In this document: piece by piece, positions 10,879 to 26,753 of the stretch
Layout of the letters: each line of letters starts with the position of its first letter
How positions within the stretch are numbered: position 1 is the stretch's first letter
Source of the DNA: Candidatus Aminicenantes bacterium
Lineage (GTDB): Bacteria; Acidobacteriota; Aminicenantia; Aminicenantales; Saccharicenantaceae
DNA length: 42,452 bases
Assembly (NCBI GenBank): GCA_046496285.1
Contig: JAWOHF010000299.1
Coordinates: forward strand, 1 to 42,452
Direction: 5' to 3'
Notes under the pieces: model-generated
The model's input: the letters and a program-made list of their open reading frames with translations, nothing else
Database searches by the model: none
Told to the model about the DNA's origin: nothing
Program-made: the position numbers and the translations under genes

Positions 10879-11091
10879 ATGAATGACAAACTTCCCTGGT
10901 ACAAACGGTTCGTGAATTTCCTGAGAGAGGTCAAAGCGGAGATCAAGAAGGTCACCTGGCCCTCCAAGGCGGAGGTCACCAGCACGACGATCGTCGTCCT
11001 CGCCGCCACGGTCTTCTTCGGGTTCTACTTGTTCTTCATGGACGTTATATTCTCCTGGGTCATCGCCCAGATCAAATCGCTTTTCGGCTAA
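10879..11091 (+). CDS. secE: Preprotein translocase subunit SecE
   Basis: A 70-aa ORF with [16 protein letters not shown] followed by a single TM helix. Canonical position before nusG. Confidence 0.9.
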   Translation: MNDKLPWYKRFVNFLREVKAEIKKVTWPSKAEVTSTTIVVLAATVFFGFYLFFMDVIFSWVIAQIKSLFG

Positions 11092-11108
11092 TCGCAAGGA
11101 AACGGGTC

Positions 11109-11639
11109 ATGGCAAAGAATTGGTTCGTGGTTCATACCTACTCGGGCTTCGAGAAGTTCGTGGCCGAGACTATCAAGCAGAAGGTCCTCGAGCTCGATCT
11201 CGAGGGCCAGATCGGGCAGATCATCATCCCGACCGAGGACGTCATCGAGATCCGGGGAGGGAAGAAGGTCGTTTCCACCAAGAGGTCCTATCCCGGATAC
11301 ATCCTCGTCGAAATGGAGATGAACGACGAGAACTGGCTGATGATCCGCCAGGTGCCCAAGGTGACGGGCTTCGTCGGCTCTGGCCGGACCCCGACGCCCC
11401 TGAGCAAAAAGGACGTCAGCCAGATCGTGGAGCACATGGAGACGACCTCCGAGAAGCCCAAGCCCAAGCACTCGTTCGAGAAGGGCGAGGCCGTCCGCAT
11501 CATCGACGGTCCCTTCTTCAACTTCAATGGGATCGTCGAAGAGGTCAACCACGAGCGGAGCACGATGAAGGTCATGGTCACCATCTTCGGCCGGTCCACC
11601 CCCGTCGAGCTGGAGTTCCTGCAGGTGGAAAAGCTTTAG
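11109..11639 (+). CDS. nusG: Transcription termination/antitermination factor NusG
   Basis: A 176-aa ORF with [11 protein letters not shown] at the N-terminus and a C-terminal KOW domain ([11 protein letters not shown]...). Confidence 0.95.
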   Translation: MAKNWFVVHTYSGFEKFVAETIKQKVLELDLEGQIGQIIIPTEDVIEIRGGKKVVSTKRSYPGYILVEMEMNDENWLMIRQVPKVTGFVGSGRTPTPLSKKDVSQIVEHMETTSEKPKPKHSFEKGEAVRIIDGPFFNFNGIVEEVNHERSTMKVMVTIFGRSTPVELEFLQVEKL

Positions 11640-11648
11640 GAGGACGAG

Positions 11649-12080
11649 ATGTCGAAAGAAGTCATCGCCAAGATCAAGCTGGAGATCGTCGCCGGCCAGG
11701 CCAGCCCGGCCCCTCCCGTCGGGCCCGCCCTGGGGCAGCACGGGGTCAACATCATGCAGTTCGTCCGGGAATTCAACGACCGGACCGGCAAGATGGACGA
11801 GGGGACCGTGGTCCCCGTCCTGATCACGGTCTTCAAGGACAAGTCCTTCAATTTCCTCGTCAAGACCCCCCCCGCATCCTACCTCCTCAAGAAGGCCGCC
11901 GGGATCGCCAAGGGCTCCGGGGCGCCGAACAAGGACAAGGTCGGCAAGGTCACCTGGAAGCAGATCGAGGACATCGCCCGGACGAAGCTCGTGGACCTCA
12001 ACGCCTACGACGTCGAGGCGGCCAAGAAGATCATCGAGGGGACCGCGAAAAACATGGGATTGGAGATCATCAGTGACTAA
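11649..12080 (+). CDS. rplK: 50S ribosomal protein L11
   Basis: [29 protein letters not shown] is the L11 signature. Confidence 0.97.
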   Translation: MSKEVIAKIKLEIVAGQASPAPPVGPALGQHGVNIMQFVREFNDRTGKMDEGTVVPVLITVFKDKSFNFLVKTPPASYLLKKAAGIAKGSGAPNKDKVGKVTWKQIEDIARTKLVDLNAYDVEAAKKIIEGTAKNMGLEIISD

Positions 12081-12771
12081 GCTCGGCAAGAACACCCAAA
12101 AGGCCCGGGAGCTCAAGGGAACGGAGCCCCGGACATACTCGCTGGAGGAAGCCGTCAGCCTCGTCAAGAAGGCCCACTTCGCCAAGTTCGACGAGTCGGT
12201 CGACATGTCCATCCGGCTCGGGGTCAACCCCAAGTATTCCGACCAGATGGTCCGCGGGACGGTCGTCCTGCCCCACGGCACGGGCAAGACGAAGAAGATC
12301 TGCGTCATCGCCTCCGGCGAGAAGATCAAGGAGGCCGAGGAGGCCGGGGCCGACCACGCCGGCGGCGACGAGATCATCGAGAAGATCGCCGGGGGATGGA
12401 TCGATTTCGACGTCGTCATCGCCACCCCCGACGTCATGCGCGGCGTCGGCAAGCTCGGCCGCATCCTGGGGACCAAGGGCCTGATGCCCAACCCCAAGTC
12501 CGGGACGGTCACCTTCGACATCAAGAAGGCCGTCGAGGAGACCAAAGCGGGTAAGGTCGAGTTCCGCGTGGACAAGACGAGCATCGTCCATTCGCCCGTC
12601 GGCAAGGTGTCCTTCCCCGAGGACAAGCTCCTGGAGAACGTCCGGACCTTCATCCAGGCCATCTTCCAGGCCAAGCCGGCGGCCGCCAAGGGCAAGTATG
12701 TCCGCTCGGTCTTCCTCTCGTCGACGATGGGTCCGTCCTTCAGGATTTCCGAGGAAAGCCTAGAGAGCTAG
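12073..12771 (+). CDS. rplA: 50S ribosomal protein L1 (GTG start overlapping the rplK end)
   Basis: A 232-aa ORF containing [16 protein letters not shown] and [17 protein letters not shown]. Confidence 0.95.
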   Translation: MTKLGKNTQKARELKGTEPRTYSLEEAVSLVKKAHFAKFDESVDMSIRLGVNPKYSDQMVRGTVVLPHGTGKTKKICVIASGEKIKEAEEAGADHAGGDEIIEKIAGGWIDFDVVIATPDVMRGVGKLGRILGTKGLMPNPKSGTVTFDIKKAVEETKAGKVEFRVDKTSIVHSPVGKVSFPEDKLLENVRTFIQAIFQAKPAAAKGKYVRSVFLSSTMGPSFRISEESLES

Positions 12772-12790
12772 GAGAAGAGGAGAAGCCGCC

Positions 12791-13345
12791 GTGAAAAAGG
12801 AAGCCAAGCAGACCATCATCAAGGGCCTCGAGGGCCTTTTCGATGCCAACGCGACGTACTACCTGGTGGATTTCAAGAAATTGAAAGTCTCCCAGGCGGT
12901 GGAGCTCCGCAAGATCCTCCGGAAGAGCTCCTATTCCTACAAGGTCATCAAGAATCGGCTGGCCCTGAAGGCCCTGGGCGACCAGGCCCCGGAGCCTCTC
13001 CGGCCGCATTTCCGGAAGCCCACGGCCGTCGCCTTCGCCGCCCGCGAGCCGATCGGCCTGGCCAAGATCCTCAAGGATTTCTCCAATCAAGGGAAGGTCC
13101 TCGCGGTCAAGGCCGGCGTCCTCGAAGGCCAGTACATGGCGCCCGAGCGTTTCGACGAGATCTGCCGTCTGTCCTCCCGTGACGAGCTCGTCGGCAGACT
13201 GGCCGCCATGATGGCCCAGCCGCTCGTCCAGATGCTCCGGGTGCTGCAGGCGCCCCTGGGCCAAGTGGGCCTGCTGATGGGCGAGCTGAAAAAGAAGAAA
13301 GACAGCGAAAGAACGTCCCAAGCGGTCGATCAGACCCAAGCTTAA
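12791..13345 (+). CDS. rplJ: 50S ribosomal protein L10 (GTG start)
   Basis: A 184-aa ORF in the canonical position between rplA and rplL, with L10-like sequence ([12 protein letters not shown]). Confidence 0.9.
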   Translation: MKKEAKQTIIKGLEGLFDANATYYLVDFKKLKVSQAVELRKILRKSSYSYKVIKNRLALKALGDQAPEPLRPHFRKPTAVAFAAREPIGLAKILKDFSNQGKVLAVKAGVLEGQYMAPERFDEICRLSSRDELVGRLAAMMAQPLVQMLRVLQAPLGQVGLLMGELKKKKDSERTSQAVDQTQA

Positions 13346-13362
13346 TAAAGGAGACTCGTGAC

Positions 13363-13746
<384 letters not shown>

Positions 13747-13817
13747 CAAGTGAACCGGTTGTCGGACCATTCCTTTCGGATGGAGGAAACGACGACACTC
13801 CAACTCTTTCTTAGAGA

Positions 13818-16800
13818 GTGAGCATGCTCAAAGAATCAAAAAAAGCGAACCGGGAGAGGGTCGACTTCTCGAAGATCAAGGCGGTCTTCCCCATGCCCGA
13901 CCTTCTGGACATTCAGACGAAGTCCTATGCCGATTTCCTCCAAATGGAGCTCCTGCCCGAGGAGCGCAAGGAAACCGGCCTCCAGGCGGCGTTCAAGGAC
14001 GTCTTTCCCATCTCCGATTTCAAGGAGACGACCGAACTGGAGTTCCTCAGCTTTTCGATCGGGACCTGGGAGTGCAAGTGCGGACGGCTCAAGGGCGTGG
14101 AGAACTCCCGCCCCCGGTGCAAGGCCTGCGACACTCTCCTCCCGGCCGACGCCGAGCTCACCGAGAAGGAGATCTGTCCCTACTGCGCCGCGACGAGGAA
14201 GATCGAGCTGCCGCTCTGCGAGCACTGCGGGGACAGCGTCGGGCTCAAGATCAAGTACAGCCCCATGGAGTGCATCCAGAAGGGCTACACCTTCTCCATC
14301 CCCCTCAAGCTCAAGGTCCAACTGGTGTCCTGGGAAAAGGACATCGCCGCCAAGACCAAGCGCCTCAAGCACATCAAGCAGCAGGAAGTCTACTTCGGGG
14401 ACATCCCCCTGATGACCGAAAAGGGGACCTTCATCTTCAACGGCATCGAAAGGGTCGTCGTCAGCCAGCTCCAGAGGTCGCCCGGGGTGTTCTTCAGGCA
14501 GGCCGAGAACAAGGGCTTCTTCATCGCCAAGATCATCCCTTACCGGGGGGCCTGGGTCGAGTTCGAGCACGACGCGAAGAACCTCCTCTGGGTCCGCCTG
14601 GACCGCAAGAAAAAGTTCCTGGGCACCGTTTTCCTGAGGGCCCTGGGCTTCGGCACGGACGAGGACATTCTCAAGCTCTTCCACAAGGTCTACCGGATCG
14701 TCCCCGAGGACGACAAGCTGTTCATGGAAGTGACGGAAAGCCTGGTCGGGAAAGCGCCCGCGGCCGATGTCATGGACGCCAAAGGCAAGAAAGTCCTGGC
14801 TCCGGCCAGGAAGAAGATCACTCCCGAGGTCCTGGCGGCCCTGACCGGCTCAGGCGTCACCCGGATCCCCCTGGCGAAGAAAGAGCTCGCCGGGGCCTAT
14901 TCTCTGACCGCTATCAAAGGCAAGGTCCGGACGAACGAGGAGATCAACGACATCCAGCTCGACCTGCTCGTCGGGCGCGGGGAGCCGTTCGAGGTCTTCT
15001 TCCCCGAACAGGACCGGGCCGGCCTGATCGTCAGCACGACCATCAAGAAGGACCTGCGCAAGGACCTGGCCCAAGCCCAGGGCGAGATCTACAGGAAATT
15101 GAGACCGGGTGAGCCGCACACGGCCGAGAGCGCGCAGAACCTCTTCCACAGCCTGTTCTTCAATCCCCAGAAATACAATTTCTCCCGGATCGGCCGGCTC
15201 AAGTTCAATATCAAGCTCGGCCAGGAAACGTCCCTCGATGAGAAGACCCTGACCCCCCTCGATTACGTGGAGGTCATCAAGTATCTCCTCAACCTGCGTT
15301 TCGGGGAGGGAACGGTCGACGACATCGACCATCTGGGCAACCGCCGCGTGCGCTCGATCGGCGAGCTGGTCGAGAACGCGTTCCGCATCGGCCTGACGAG
15401 GATGGAGCGGACCATCAAAGAGAAGATGACCATCACCGCCGACCTGGCGGCGGCCATGCCCCAGGACCTGATCAACTCCAAGCCGGTCATCGCCGCCCTC
15501 AAGGAGTTCTTCGGCAGCTCCCAGCTCTCCCAGTTCATGGACCAGATCAACAGCCTGGCCGAGATCACCCACAAGCGCCGGCTGTCGGCCCTCGGTCCCG
15601 GCGGCCTGAGCCGCGAGCGGGCCGGCTTCGAGGTCCGCGACATCCAGACCTCCCACTACGGGAGGCTCTGCCCGGTCGAGACGCCGGAAGGGCCCAACAT
15701 CGGACTGATCTCGTCGCTCAGCTGTTTCGCCCGGGTCAACGACTACGGGTTCTTGGAGACCCCCTACCGGAAGGTCAAGAATGGCCGGATCGTCGACTAC
15801 GTCAAAGTCATCCATCCCGGAAGCGGCGACCGCAAGGTCGGCGACATCGTCGAGAAGGACGAGATGGCCAAGGCCATCGACAAGCTCAAGGACCAGAAGG
15901 CCCGTCAGCTGCCGGTCGTCGAGCCCCATTGCTTCTACCTCACCGCCTGGGAGGAGGAGAAGTTCAACATCGCCCAAGCCAACGCCGCCGTCGATGACCG
16001 CGGCCGGTTCACGAACGACATGGTCAGCGCCCGGGAACGGGGCAACTTCAAGTTCATCCCCCGCGACCAGCTCCACTACATCGACGTCTCTCCGAAACAG
16101 CTCGTCTCCCTGTCGGCCGCTCTCATCCCCTTCCTGGAGCACGACGACGCCAACCGGGCCCTGATGGGGTCGAACATGCAGCGGCAGGCCGTCCCCCTTC
16201 TCCGCCCCGAGGCCCCGCTCGTCGGCACCGGGATCGAGGGCCTGGTGGCCGTCGGGTCCGGGGACGTCGTCGTCTGCAAGCGGCCCGGGGTCGTCGAATT
16301 CGTCGACGCGGAACGGATCATCGTCCGGGTGGACGAGAAGGCCTCGCCCCGCAGCCACGAGGTCGGGACCGACCTCTACCTCCTGACCAAGTTCCTGCGG
16401 ACCAACCAGAACACGTCCACCAACCACAGGCCCATCGTCCTCAAAGGGGACACGGTCGCCCGGGGCCAGGTCCTGGCCGACAGCTCCTGCACGGACGGCG
16501 GGGAGCTGGCGCTCGGACGGAACGTCCTCTGCGCCTTCATGCCTTGGCGCGGATACAACTACGAGGACGCCATCGTCGTCAGCGAAAAGCTGATCAAGGA
16601 AGACATCTTCACCTCCCTGCACATCGTGGAGGAGACGATCGAAGCCCGGGACACCAAGCTCGGTCCCGAGGACATCACCCGGGACATTCCCAACGTTCCG
16701 GAGAACGTCCTGCGCAACCTGGACGAGAACGGCATCGTCCGCATCGGCGCCCACGTGAAGTCGGGCGACGTTCTGGTCGGCAAAGTGGCCCCCAAGGGAG

Positions 16801-18106
16801 AGACCCAGCTGTCGCCCGAGGAGAAGCTGCTCAAGGCCATCTTCGGAGAGAAGGCCCTGGACGTCAAGGACGCCTCGCTCTACTGCTCCCCCGGCGTCGA
16901 GGGCACGATCATCGACGTCCGCATCTTCTCGCGGCGGGGGATCGAGAAGGGCCCGCGGGCCAAGGCCATCGAGAAGGACGAGATCGCCAAGCTCAAGCGC
17001 AACCTCGAGGACGAGATCGTCATCCTGGAGAACGAGAAGTGGGAGAAGGTCCGGGCCCTCGTCAAGGGCTCGGTCGTCGAGAAGACCCAGAAAGCCGGCG
17101 AGATGACCCTGGAGAAGGGGACCAAGCTGACCGAGAAGGTCCTGGGGGAGATCGACTTCGATGACGTCCTGAAGCTCAAGCTCAGCGAGGACGACGACCG
17201 CGACCGCGAGATCAAGGACCTCGACAAGAAGATCAAGCGGCAGATCGAGGCCCTGCGGGCCGTCTTCAAGGAAAAGGTCGAAAACCTGAAGAAGGGGGAC
17301 GAGCTGGCCCCCGGCGTCATCCAGTCCATCAAGGTGTTCATCGCCATGAAGCGGAAGCTGTCCGTGGGCGACAAGGTCTCCGGCCGGCACGGGAACAAGG
17401 GCATCGTGGCCAAGATCGTTCCGGAAGAGGACATGCCCCGGCTCCCCGACGGGACCCCTGTCGAGATCGTCCTCAACCCGCTCGGCGTTCCCTCCCGCAT
17501 GAACGTCGGACAGATCCTGGAGACCCACGCCGGGTGGGCCGCCCGGACCCTGGATATATGGATCTCGACGCCGGTCTTCGACGGCATCAGCGAGCGGGAG
17601 ATCAAGCAGCTGCTCAAGAAAGCCGGCCTGCCCGAGAGCGGCAAGACCCCGCTCTTCGACGGCATGGGAGGCGAGCTCCTCGACCAGGAAGTCACGGTCG
17701 GCTTCATCTACATGATGAAGCTCTACCACCTGGTCGACGACAAGATCCACGCCCGCTCGACGGGCCCGTACTCGCTCATCACCCAGCAGCCGCTCGGCGG
17801 CAAGGCCCAGTTCGGCGGCCAGAGGTTCGGGGAGATGGAGGTCTGGGCCTTGGAGGCCTACGGCGCCGCGTTCACCCTGCAGGAGCTCCTGACCGTCAAG
17901 TCCGACGATGTCGAAGGGCGGGCCAAGATCTACGAGGCCATCGTCAAGGGCGACCTGGAGTTCACCCCGGGCCTCCCCGAATCCGTCAATGTCCTCATCC
18001 GCGAGCTCCAGAGCCTGTGCCTGAACGTGGAGCTGGAGAAGGGGGACAAGGAAGAAGTCCTGCCGTGGGGCATCGCCATTCCCCAATCCGGCAAAGGAGA
18101 AGCCTA

Positions 18107-18107
<1 letters not shown>
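13818..18107 (+). CDS. rpoB: DNA-directed RNA polymerase beta subunit, with a lineage-specific Cys-rich insertion near the N-terminus
   Basis: A 1429-aa ORF containing [33 protein letters not shown] and GRHGNKG. The start is either the GTG at 13818 or the ATG at 13824. Confidence 0.97.
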
Positions 18108-22258
<4,151 letters not shown>

Positions 22259-22296
22259 GCCGGTCCCCGGCGGCCCCCGGAATTTCCTCAAAATTC

Positions 22297-22325
22297 TTGA
22301 CAGGGAAGGCGAAATTTGCTATTAT
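22297..22325 (+). promoter_or_regulatory. Near-consensus sigma70 promoter TTGACA-17nt-TATTAT for the rpsL-led ribosomal super-operon
   Basis: TTGACA at 22297..22302, a 17-nt spacer, TATTAT at 22320..22325, and an A/T-rich stretch (aatttcctcaaaattc) upstream. It sits in the 146-nt AT-enriched rpoC-rpsL gap. Confidence 0.65.
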
Positions 22326-22404
22326 CCGTCCATTCGTCTCAGGACTATCTTCCCGGGGATGAATAAAACTTACAGTTGGAACTTGCATAGAGGAGTATTT
22401 TTCA

Positions 22405-22794
22405 TTGCCGACCGTCAATCAACTCGTCAGGAATGGCCGGACGCCCAAGAAGTACAAGAGCAAGTCCCCGGCCTTGGAATCTTGCCCCCAGAAGAGAGGG
22501 GTCTGCACGCGCGTTTTCACGACCACGCCCAAGAAGCCGAACTCGGCCATGCGGAAGGTGGCTCGGGTGAGGCTGACCAATAACATCGAGGTCACGGGAT
22601 ACATCCCCGGCGTCGGCCACAACCTCCAGGAGCACTCCATCGTCATGATCCGGGGAGGCCGCGTCAAGGACCTGCCCGGCGTCCGCTATCACATCGTCCG
22701 CGGCACACTGGACGCCGAAGGGGTTCAGAACCGCTTCAAGGCACGCTCCCGCTACGGGGCCAAGAGGCCGAAAGAAAAACGGGCCGCCGCCTAG
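22405..22794 (+). CDS. rpsL: 30S ribosomal protein S12 (TTG start)
   Basis: [11 protein letters not shown]...[15 protein letters not shown]...HNLQEHS is the canonical S12 sequence. Confidence 0.97.
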   Translation: MPTVNQLVRNGRTPKKYKSKSPALESCPQKRGVCTRVFTTTPKKPNSAMRKVARVRLTNNIEVTGYIPGVGHNLQEHSIVMIRGGRVKDLPGVRYHIVRGTLDAEGVQNRFKARSRYGAKRPKEKRAAA

Positions 22795-22809
22795 AAGAGG
22801 AGAAGACCC

Positions 22810-23280
22810 ATGCCGAGACGCGGAATCATCAAGAAGCGCAAGATCCCCGCCGACCCGTTCTACAACAGCACCGTCGTCGCCCGGTTCATCAACCTCTTTC
22901 TTCGGAAAGGGAAGAAGACGACCGCCGAGAAGGTCGTCTACGGGACCATGGACATCCTCAAGCAGAAGACCAAGGAGGATCCCCTCAAGATCTTGGAGAA
23001 GGCCCTGGAGAACGTCCGGCCTTTCCTCGAGACGAAGTCGCGGCGGGTCGGCGGCGCGAACTACCAGGTCCCGATCGAGGTCGCGCCCGGCCGGTCCTTT
23101 TCCCTGGGCGTGCGCTGGCTGATCAAGTATGCCACGGAGCGCAGCGGCAAGAGCATGCAGGAAAAACTCTCGGCCGAGATCATCGACGCCGTGAACAACC
23201 GCGGCGGAGCGGTCAAGAAGCGAGAGGATACGCACAAGATGGCGGAGTCCAACCGGGCTTTCGCCCATTACAAGTGGTAG
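22810..23280 (+). CDS. rpsG: 30S ribosomal protein S7
   Basis: MPRRG..., GGANYQVPIEV and HKMAESNRAFAHYKW are canonical S7 sequences. Confidence 0.97.
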   Translation: MPRRGIIKKRKIPADPFYNSTVVARFINLFLRKGKKTTAEKVVYGTMDILKQKTKEDPLKILEKALENVRPFLETKSRRVGGANYQVPIEVAPGRSFSLGVRWLIKYATERSGKSMQEKLSAEIIDAVNNRGGAVKKREDTHKMAESNRAFAHYKW

Positions 23281-23325
23281 TCTCCATCGAAAGAGTCCAA
23301 GGCGTGAACCGGTTCGATATGGAGA
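23281..23325 (+). promoter_or_regulatory. Stem-loop between rpsG and fusA whose 3' arm contains the fusA Shine-Dalgarno sequence
   Basis: tctccatcgaa (23281..23291) pairs with ttcg-at-atggaga (23313..23325) as 7 bp, a 2-nt bulge and 4 bp. The ggaga of the fusA ribosome-binding site lies in the 3' arm. Confidence 0.3.
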
Positions 23326-23334
23326 GAAGGTACG

Positions 23335-25434
23335 ATGCGGTCATACCCGATCGAAAGAGTGAGGAACATCGGTATCATGGCCCATATCGACGCCGGGAAG
23401 ACGACCACCACGGAACGGCTTCTTTTTTACACGGGTATGACCTACAAGATGGGAGAGGTGGACGAGGGAACGGCCGTGATGGACTGGATGCCGCAGGAAC
23501 AGGAGCGCGGCATCACGATCACATCGGCCGCGACCACCTGCTACTGGCGGGACCACCGGGTCAACATCATTGACACTCCCGGCCATGTGGACTTCACCGC
23601 GGAGGTCGAGCGCTCCCTGAGGGTGCTCGACGGCGCGATAGCCATACTGTGTGGAGTTGGAGGTGTCGAGCCTCAGTCCGAGACAGTGTGGCGCCAGGCC
23701 GACAAGTACCGCGTCCCCCGCATCGCGTTCATCAATAAGATGGACCGGATCGGGGCCGACCCGGAACGGGCGGTCCACCAGTTGAGGACCAGGGTGGCGG
23801 CCAAGCCTCTGCCGATCCAGATTCCCGTGGGACGGGAAGACGGGTTCCGCGGCGTCGTTGACCTCATTGAGCGGAAGGAGTACGACTGGGGTCGGGACAT
23901 CCTGGGGACGGATTACGTCGTCCGGGAGGTTCCGGACGACCTCCGGGAGGAAGTCGAAGAGAAGAGACAGGACATGCTGGAAATGCTGAGCGAAACCGAC
24001 GACGGCCTGATGGAGAAGTACCTCGACGGCGTCGAGGCCTCCGTCGAGGAGATCAAGGGGGCCGTCCGCCGCGGGACCCTGGAGCTCAAATTCGTCCCCG
24101 TCCTCTACGGCGCCTCCTTCCGGAACAAGGGCGTCCACCCTCTCCTCGAGGCCATCGTCGACTATCTGCCCTCCCCGGTCGACATCCCGCCGGTCACCGG
24201 CCGGCATCCCCGGACCGAGGCCGTGGAGACCAGGGCCGCCTCTGACGAGGCCCCGTTCTCCGGGCTCGTTTTCAAGATCGCCAACGACCCTTTCCTCGGC
24301 AACCTGGCCTACTTCCGGGTCTATTCCGGCAAGGCCAAGATCGGTCAGGCCGTCTGGAACGCGACCAAGAGCGAGGAGGAGAAGCTCTCGCGGTTGCTCG
24401 AGATGCACGCCAACAAGCGGAAGGAGATCAAGGAGGTCCACGCCGGGGACATCGCCGCCATGGGCTCCTCCAAGAACATCTCGACGGGCGACACCCTGTG
24501 CCTCAAGAACCATCCGATCGTCCTCGAGTCCATCCGCTTCCCCGAGCCGGTCATCTCGGCGACCATCGAGCCCAAGACCAAGGCCGACCACGCCAAGCTG
24601 GCCACCACGCTGGATAAGCTGACCCGGGAGGACCCCACTCTGAAGGTCGCCCAGGACCCCATGACGGGCCAGACCCTCCTCAAGGGCATGGGCGAGCTCC
24701 ATCTCGAGGTCATCATGGACCGTCTGGAGAGGGACTTCGGCGTGCGGGCCAATCTGGGCAAGCCCCAGGTGGCTTACAAGGAAACCATCCAGGCGCCCGC
24801 CCAGGGGGAAGGGAAGTATGTGCGCCAGGCCGGGGGCAAAGGCCTCTTCGGGCACTGTGTCCTGGCGCTCGAGCCCATGGCCCGGGGCCGGGGATTCGAA
24901 TTCGTCGACCGGACCCGGGGCGGCGTCATCCCCCGCGAATTCATTTCGGATGTCGAGAACGGCATCCGCGAGGCCATGGAGGCCGGTATTGTGGCCGGCT
25001 ACCCGGTGACAGACCTGCGGGCGGCGCTCGTCGGCGGCTCCTACCAGGAGGTCGACTCGACCGCGGTCGCCTACAAGATCGCCGCTTCCCTGGCCTTCCG
25101 GGAGGCGGCCGCCAAGGCCAGCCCCGTTCTTCTGGAGCCGGTCATGAAGCTCGAGGTCGTCACTCCCGACGAATACCTCGGCGATCTCGTCGGCGACCTC
25201 AACGCCCGGCGCGGCAAGATCGAGGGCATGGAGATGCGGAGCGGGTCCCGGGTCATCAAAGCCCTGGTGCCGCTCGCGGAGATGTTCGGGTACGCGACGG
25301 CCGTGCGGACCCAGAGCCAGGGCCGGGGCGTGTTTACCATGGAGTTTGCCCAGTACGACCGGGTGCCGGCCGCCGTTCAGGAGGTCATCGTGGCCAGGGT
25401 CGAAGGACGAATCCCCTTCCGGGGTCAATCATAA
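23335..25434 (+). CDS. fusA: Elongation factor G
   Basis: A 699-aa ORF with [28 protein letters not shown] and NKMD, and all five domains present. Confidence 0.95.
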   Translation: MRSYPIERVRNIGIMAHIDAGKTTTTERLLFYTGMTYKMGEVDEGTAVMDWMPQEQERGITITSAATTCYWRDHRVNIIDTPGHVDFTAEVERSLRVLDGAIAILCGVGGVEPQSETVWRQADKYRVPRIAFINKMDRIGADPERAVHQLRTRVAAKPLPIQIPVGREDGFRGVVDLIERKEYDWGRDILGTDYVVREVPDDLREEVEEKRQDMLEMLSETDDGLMEKYLDGVEASVEEIKGAVRRGTLELKFVPVLYGASFRNKGVHPLLEAIVDYLPSPVDIPPVTGRHPRTEAVETRAASDEAPFSGLVFKIANDPFLGNLAYFRVYSGKAKIGQAVWNATKSEEEKLSRLLEMHANKRKEIKEVHAGDIAAMGSSKNISTGDTLCLKNHPIVLESIRFPEPVISATIEPKTKADHAKLATTLDKLTREDPTLKVAQDPMTGQTLLKGMGELHLEVIMDRLERDFGVRANLGKPQVAYKETIQAPAQGEGKYVRQAGGKGLFGHCVLALEPMARGRGFEFVDRTRGGVIPREFISDVENGIREAMEAGIVAGYPVTDLRAALVGGSYQEVDSTAVAYKIAASLAFREAAAKASPVLLEPVMKLEVVTPDEYLGDLVGDLNARRGKIEGMEMRSGSRVIKALVPLAEMFGYATAVRTQSQGRGVFTMEFAQYDRVPAAVQEVIVARVEGRIPFRGQS

Positions 25435-25478
25435 AAAGCGTGTATCAACAAATGTCTATGCCAAGCAGGAGGTGAGCG

Positions 25479-26681
25479 ATGGCAAAGGAAAAATTCGCGA
25501 GGACGAAACCCCATGTCAACGTCGGGACGATCGGGCACATCGACCACGGCAAAACGACGCTGACGGCCGCCATTACCAAGGTCCTGGCGACCAAGGGCCT
25601 GGCCAAGGCCCAGAGCTACGACGACGTGGCCAAGGCCGACGCCAAGATGTTCCGCCGGGACGCGACAAAGATCCTGACGGTCGCCCTGAGCCATGTGGAA
25701 TACGAGAGCGAGAAGCGGCACTACGCCCACATCGACTGCCCCGGCCACGCCGACTACATCAAGAACATGATCTCCGGCGCGGCCCAGATGGACGGCGCCG
25801 TGCTCGTCGTCTCGGCGGCCGACGGACCGATGCCCCAGACCCGGGAGCACATCCTCCTGGCCCGGCAGGTCAACGTGCCGGCGGTCGTCGTGTTCATGAA
25901 CAAGTGCGACCTCGTGGATGACCCCGAGATCCTCGACCTCGTCGAGCTCGAGGTCCGGGAGCTGCTGTCGAAATACCAGTTCGACGGCGACAAGATCCCG
26001 GTCATCCGCGGCAGCGCGACCAAGGCCATGGAGGACCTCGAGGGGCCGGGCGCCAAGCCTATCTGGGACCTCGTCCAGGCCATGGACGACCACATCCCTG
26101 AGCCCCTCCGAGAGGTCGACAAGCCCTTCCAGATGGCCATCGAAGACGTATTCTCGATCACCGGCCGGGGCACGGTCGTGACCGGCCGCGTCGAGCGCGG
26201 GGTCGTCAAGGTCGGCGACGAATGCGAGATCGTGGGACTCCGCGAGACCCGCAAGACCGTCGTGACGGGCGTCGAGATGTTCCGCAAGCTCCTTGACCAG
26301 GCCCAGGCCGGCGACAACATCGGGGCTCTGCTCCGCGGCGTCGGCAAGGACGAGGTCGAGAGGGGGCAGGTCCTGGCCAAGCCCGGGTCCATCACCCCCC
26401 ACCGGAAGTTCCGGGCCTCGATCTACGCCCTGACCAAGGAAGAGGGCGGCCGGCACACGCCGTTCTTCAAGGGCTATCGGCCGCAGTTCTACTTCCGAAC
26501 GACCGACGTGACCGGCTCGGTGAAGATGCCCGAGAACGTCGAGATGGTCATGCCCGGGGACAACATCAACCTGGAGATCGAGCTCATCAGCGACGTGGCC
26601 ATGGAGAAGGCCCTCCGTTTCGCCATCCGCGAGGGCGGCCGGACGGTCGGCGCGGGCACGGTCACGGACATCATCGAATAG
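25479..26681 (+). CDS. tuf: Elongation factor Tu (atypical switch I region)
   Basis: A 400-aa ORF with [22 protein letters not shown], and [24 protein letters not shown]. Residues 49-70 diverge from the universal RGITI-containing loop. Confidence 0.95.
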   Translation: MAKEKFARTKPHVNVGTIGHIDHGKTTLTAAITKVLATKGLAKAQSYDDVAKADAKMFRRDATKILTVALSHVEYESEKRHYAHIDCPGHADYIKNMISGAAQMDGAVLVVSAADGPMPQTREHILLARQVNVPAVVVFMNKCDLVDDPEILDLVELEVRELLSKYQFDGDKIPVIRGSATKAMEDLEGPGAKPIWDLVQAMDDHIPEPLREVDKPFQMAIEDVFSITGRGTVVTGRVERGVVKVGDECEIVGLRETRKTVVTGVEMFRKLLDQAQAGDNIGALLRGVGKDEVERGQVLAKPGSITPHRKFRASIYALTKEEGGRHTPFFKGYRPQFYFRTTDVTGSVKMPENVEMVMPGDNINLEIELISDVAMEKALRFAIREGGRTVGAGTVTDIIE

Positions 26682-26753
26682 GCCGGCCCGCGGCCGGCGG
26701 ACGGCCGGGGCGAGGGGCCCTTCGGCGGAATTCGGAGAACAGAGGAACGAACG

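Noticed and set aside
25600-25700. The possibility that the odd EF-Tu switch I is a pair of compensating frameshift errors.
   Set aside because: I translated the other two frames over the divergent segment. One has stop codons, and neither encodes RGITI or anything EF-Tu-like. An assembly error of another kind still needs read-level checking.
26682-26753. The GC palindrome gccggcc-cgc-ggccggc after tuf, considered as a terminator or attenuator before rpsJ.
   Set aside because: A 7-bp stem with no T-tract cannot be distinguished from background GC palindromes in this genome without experimental data.
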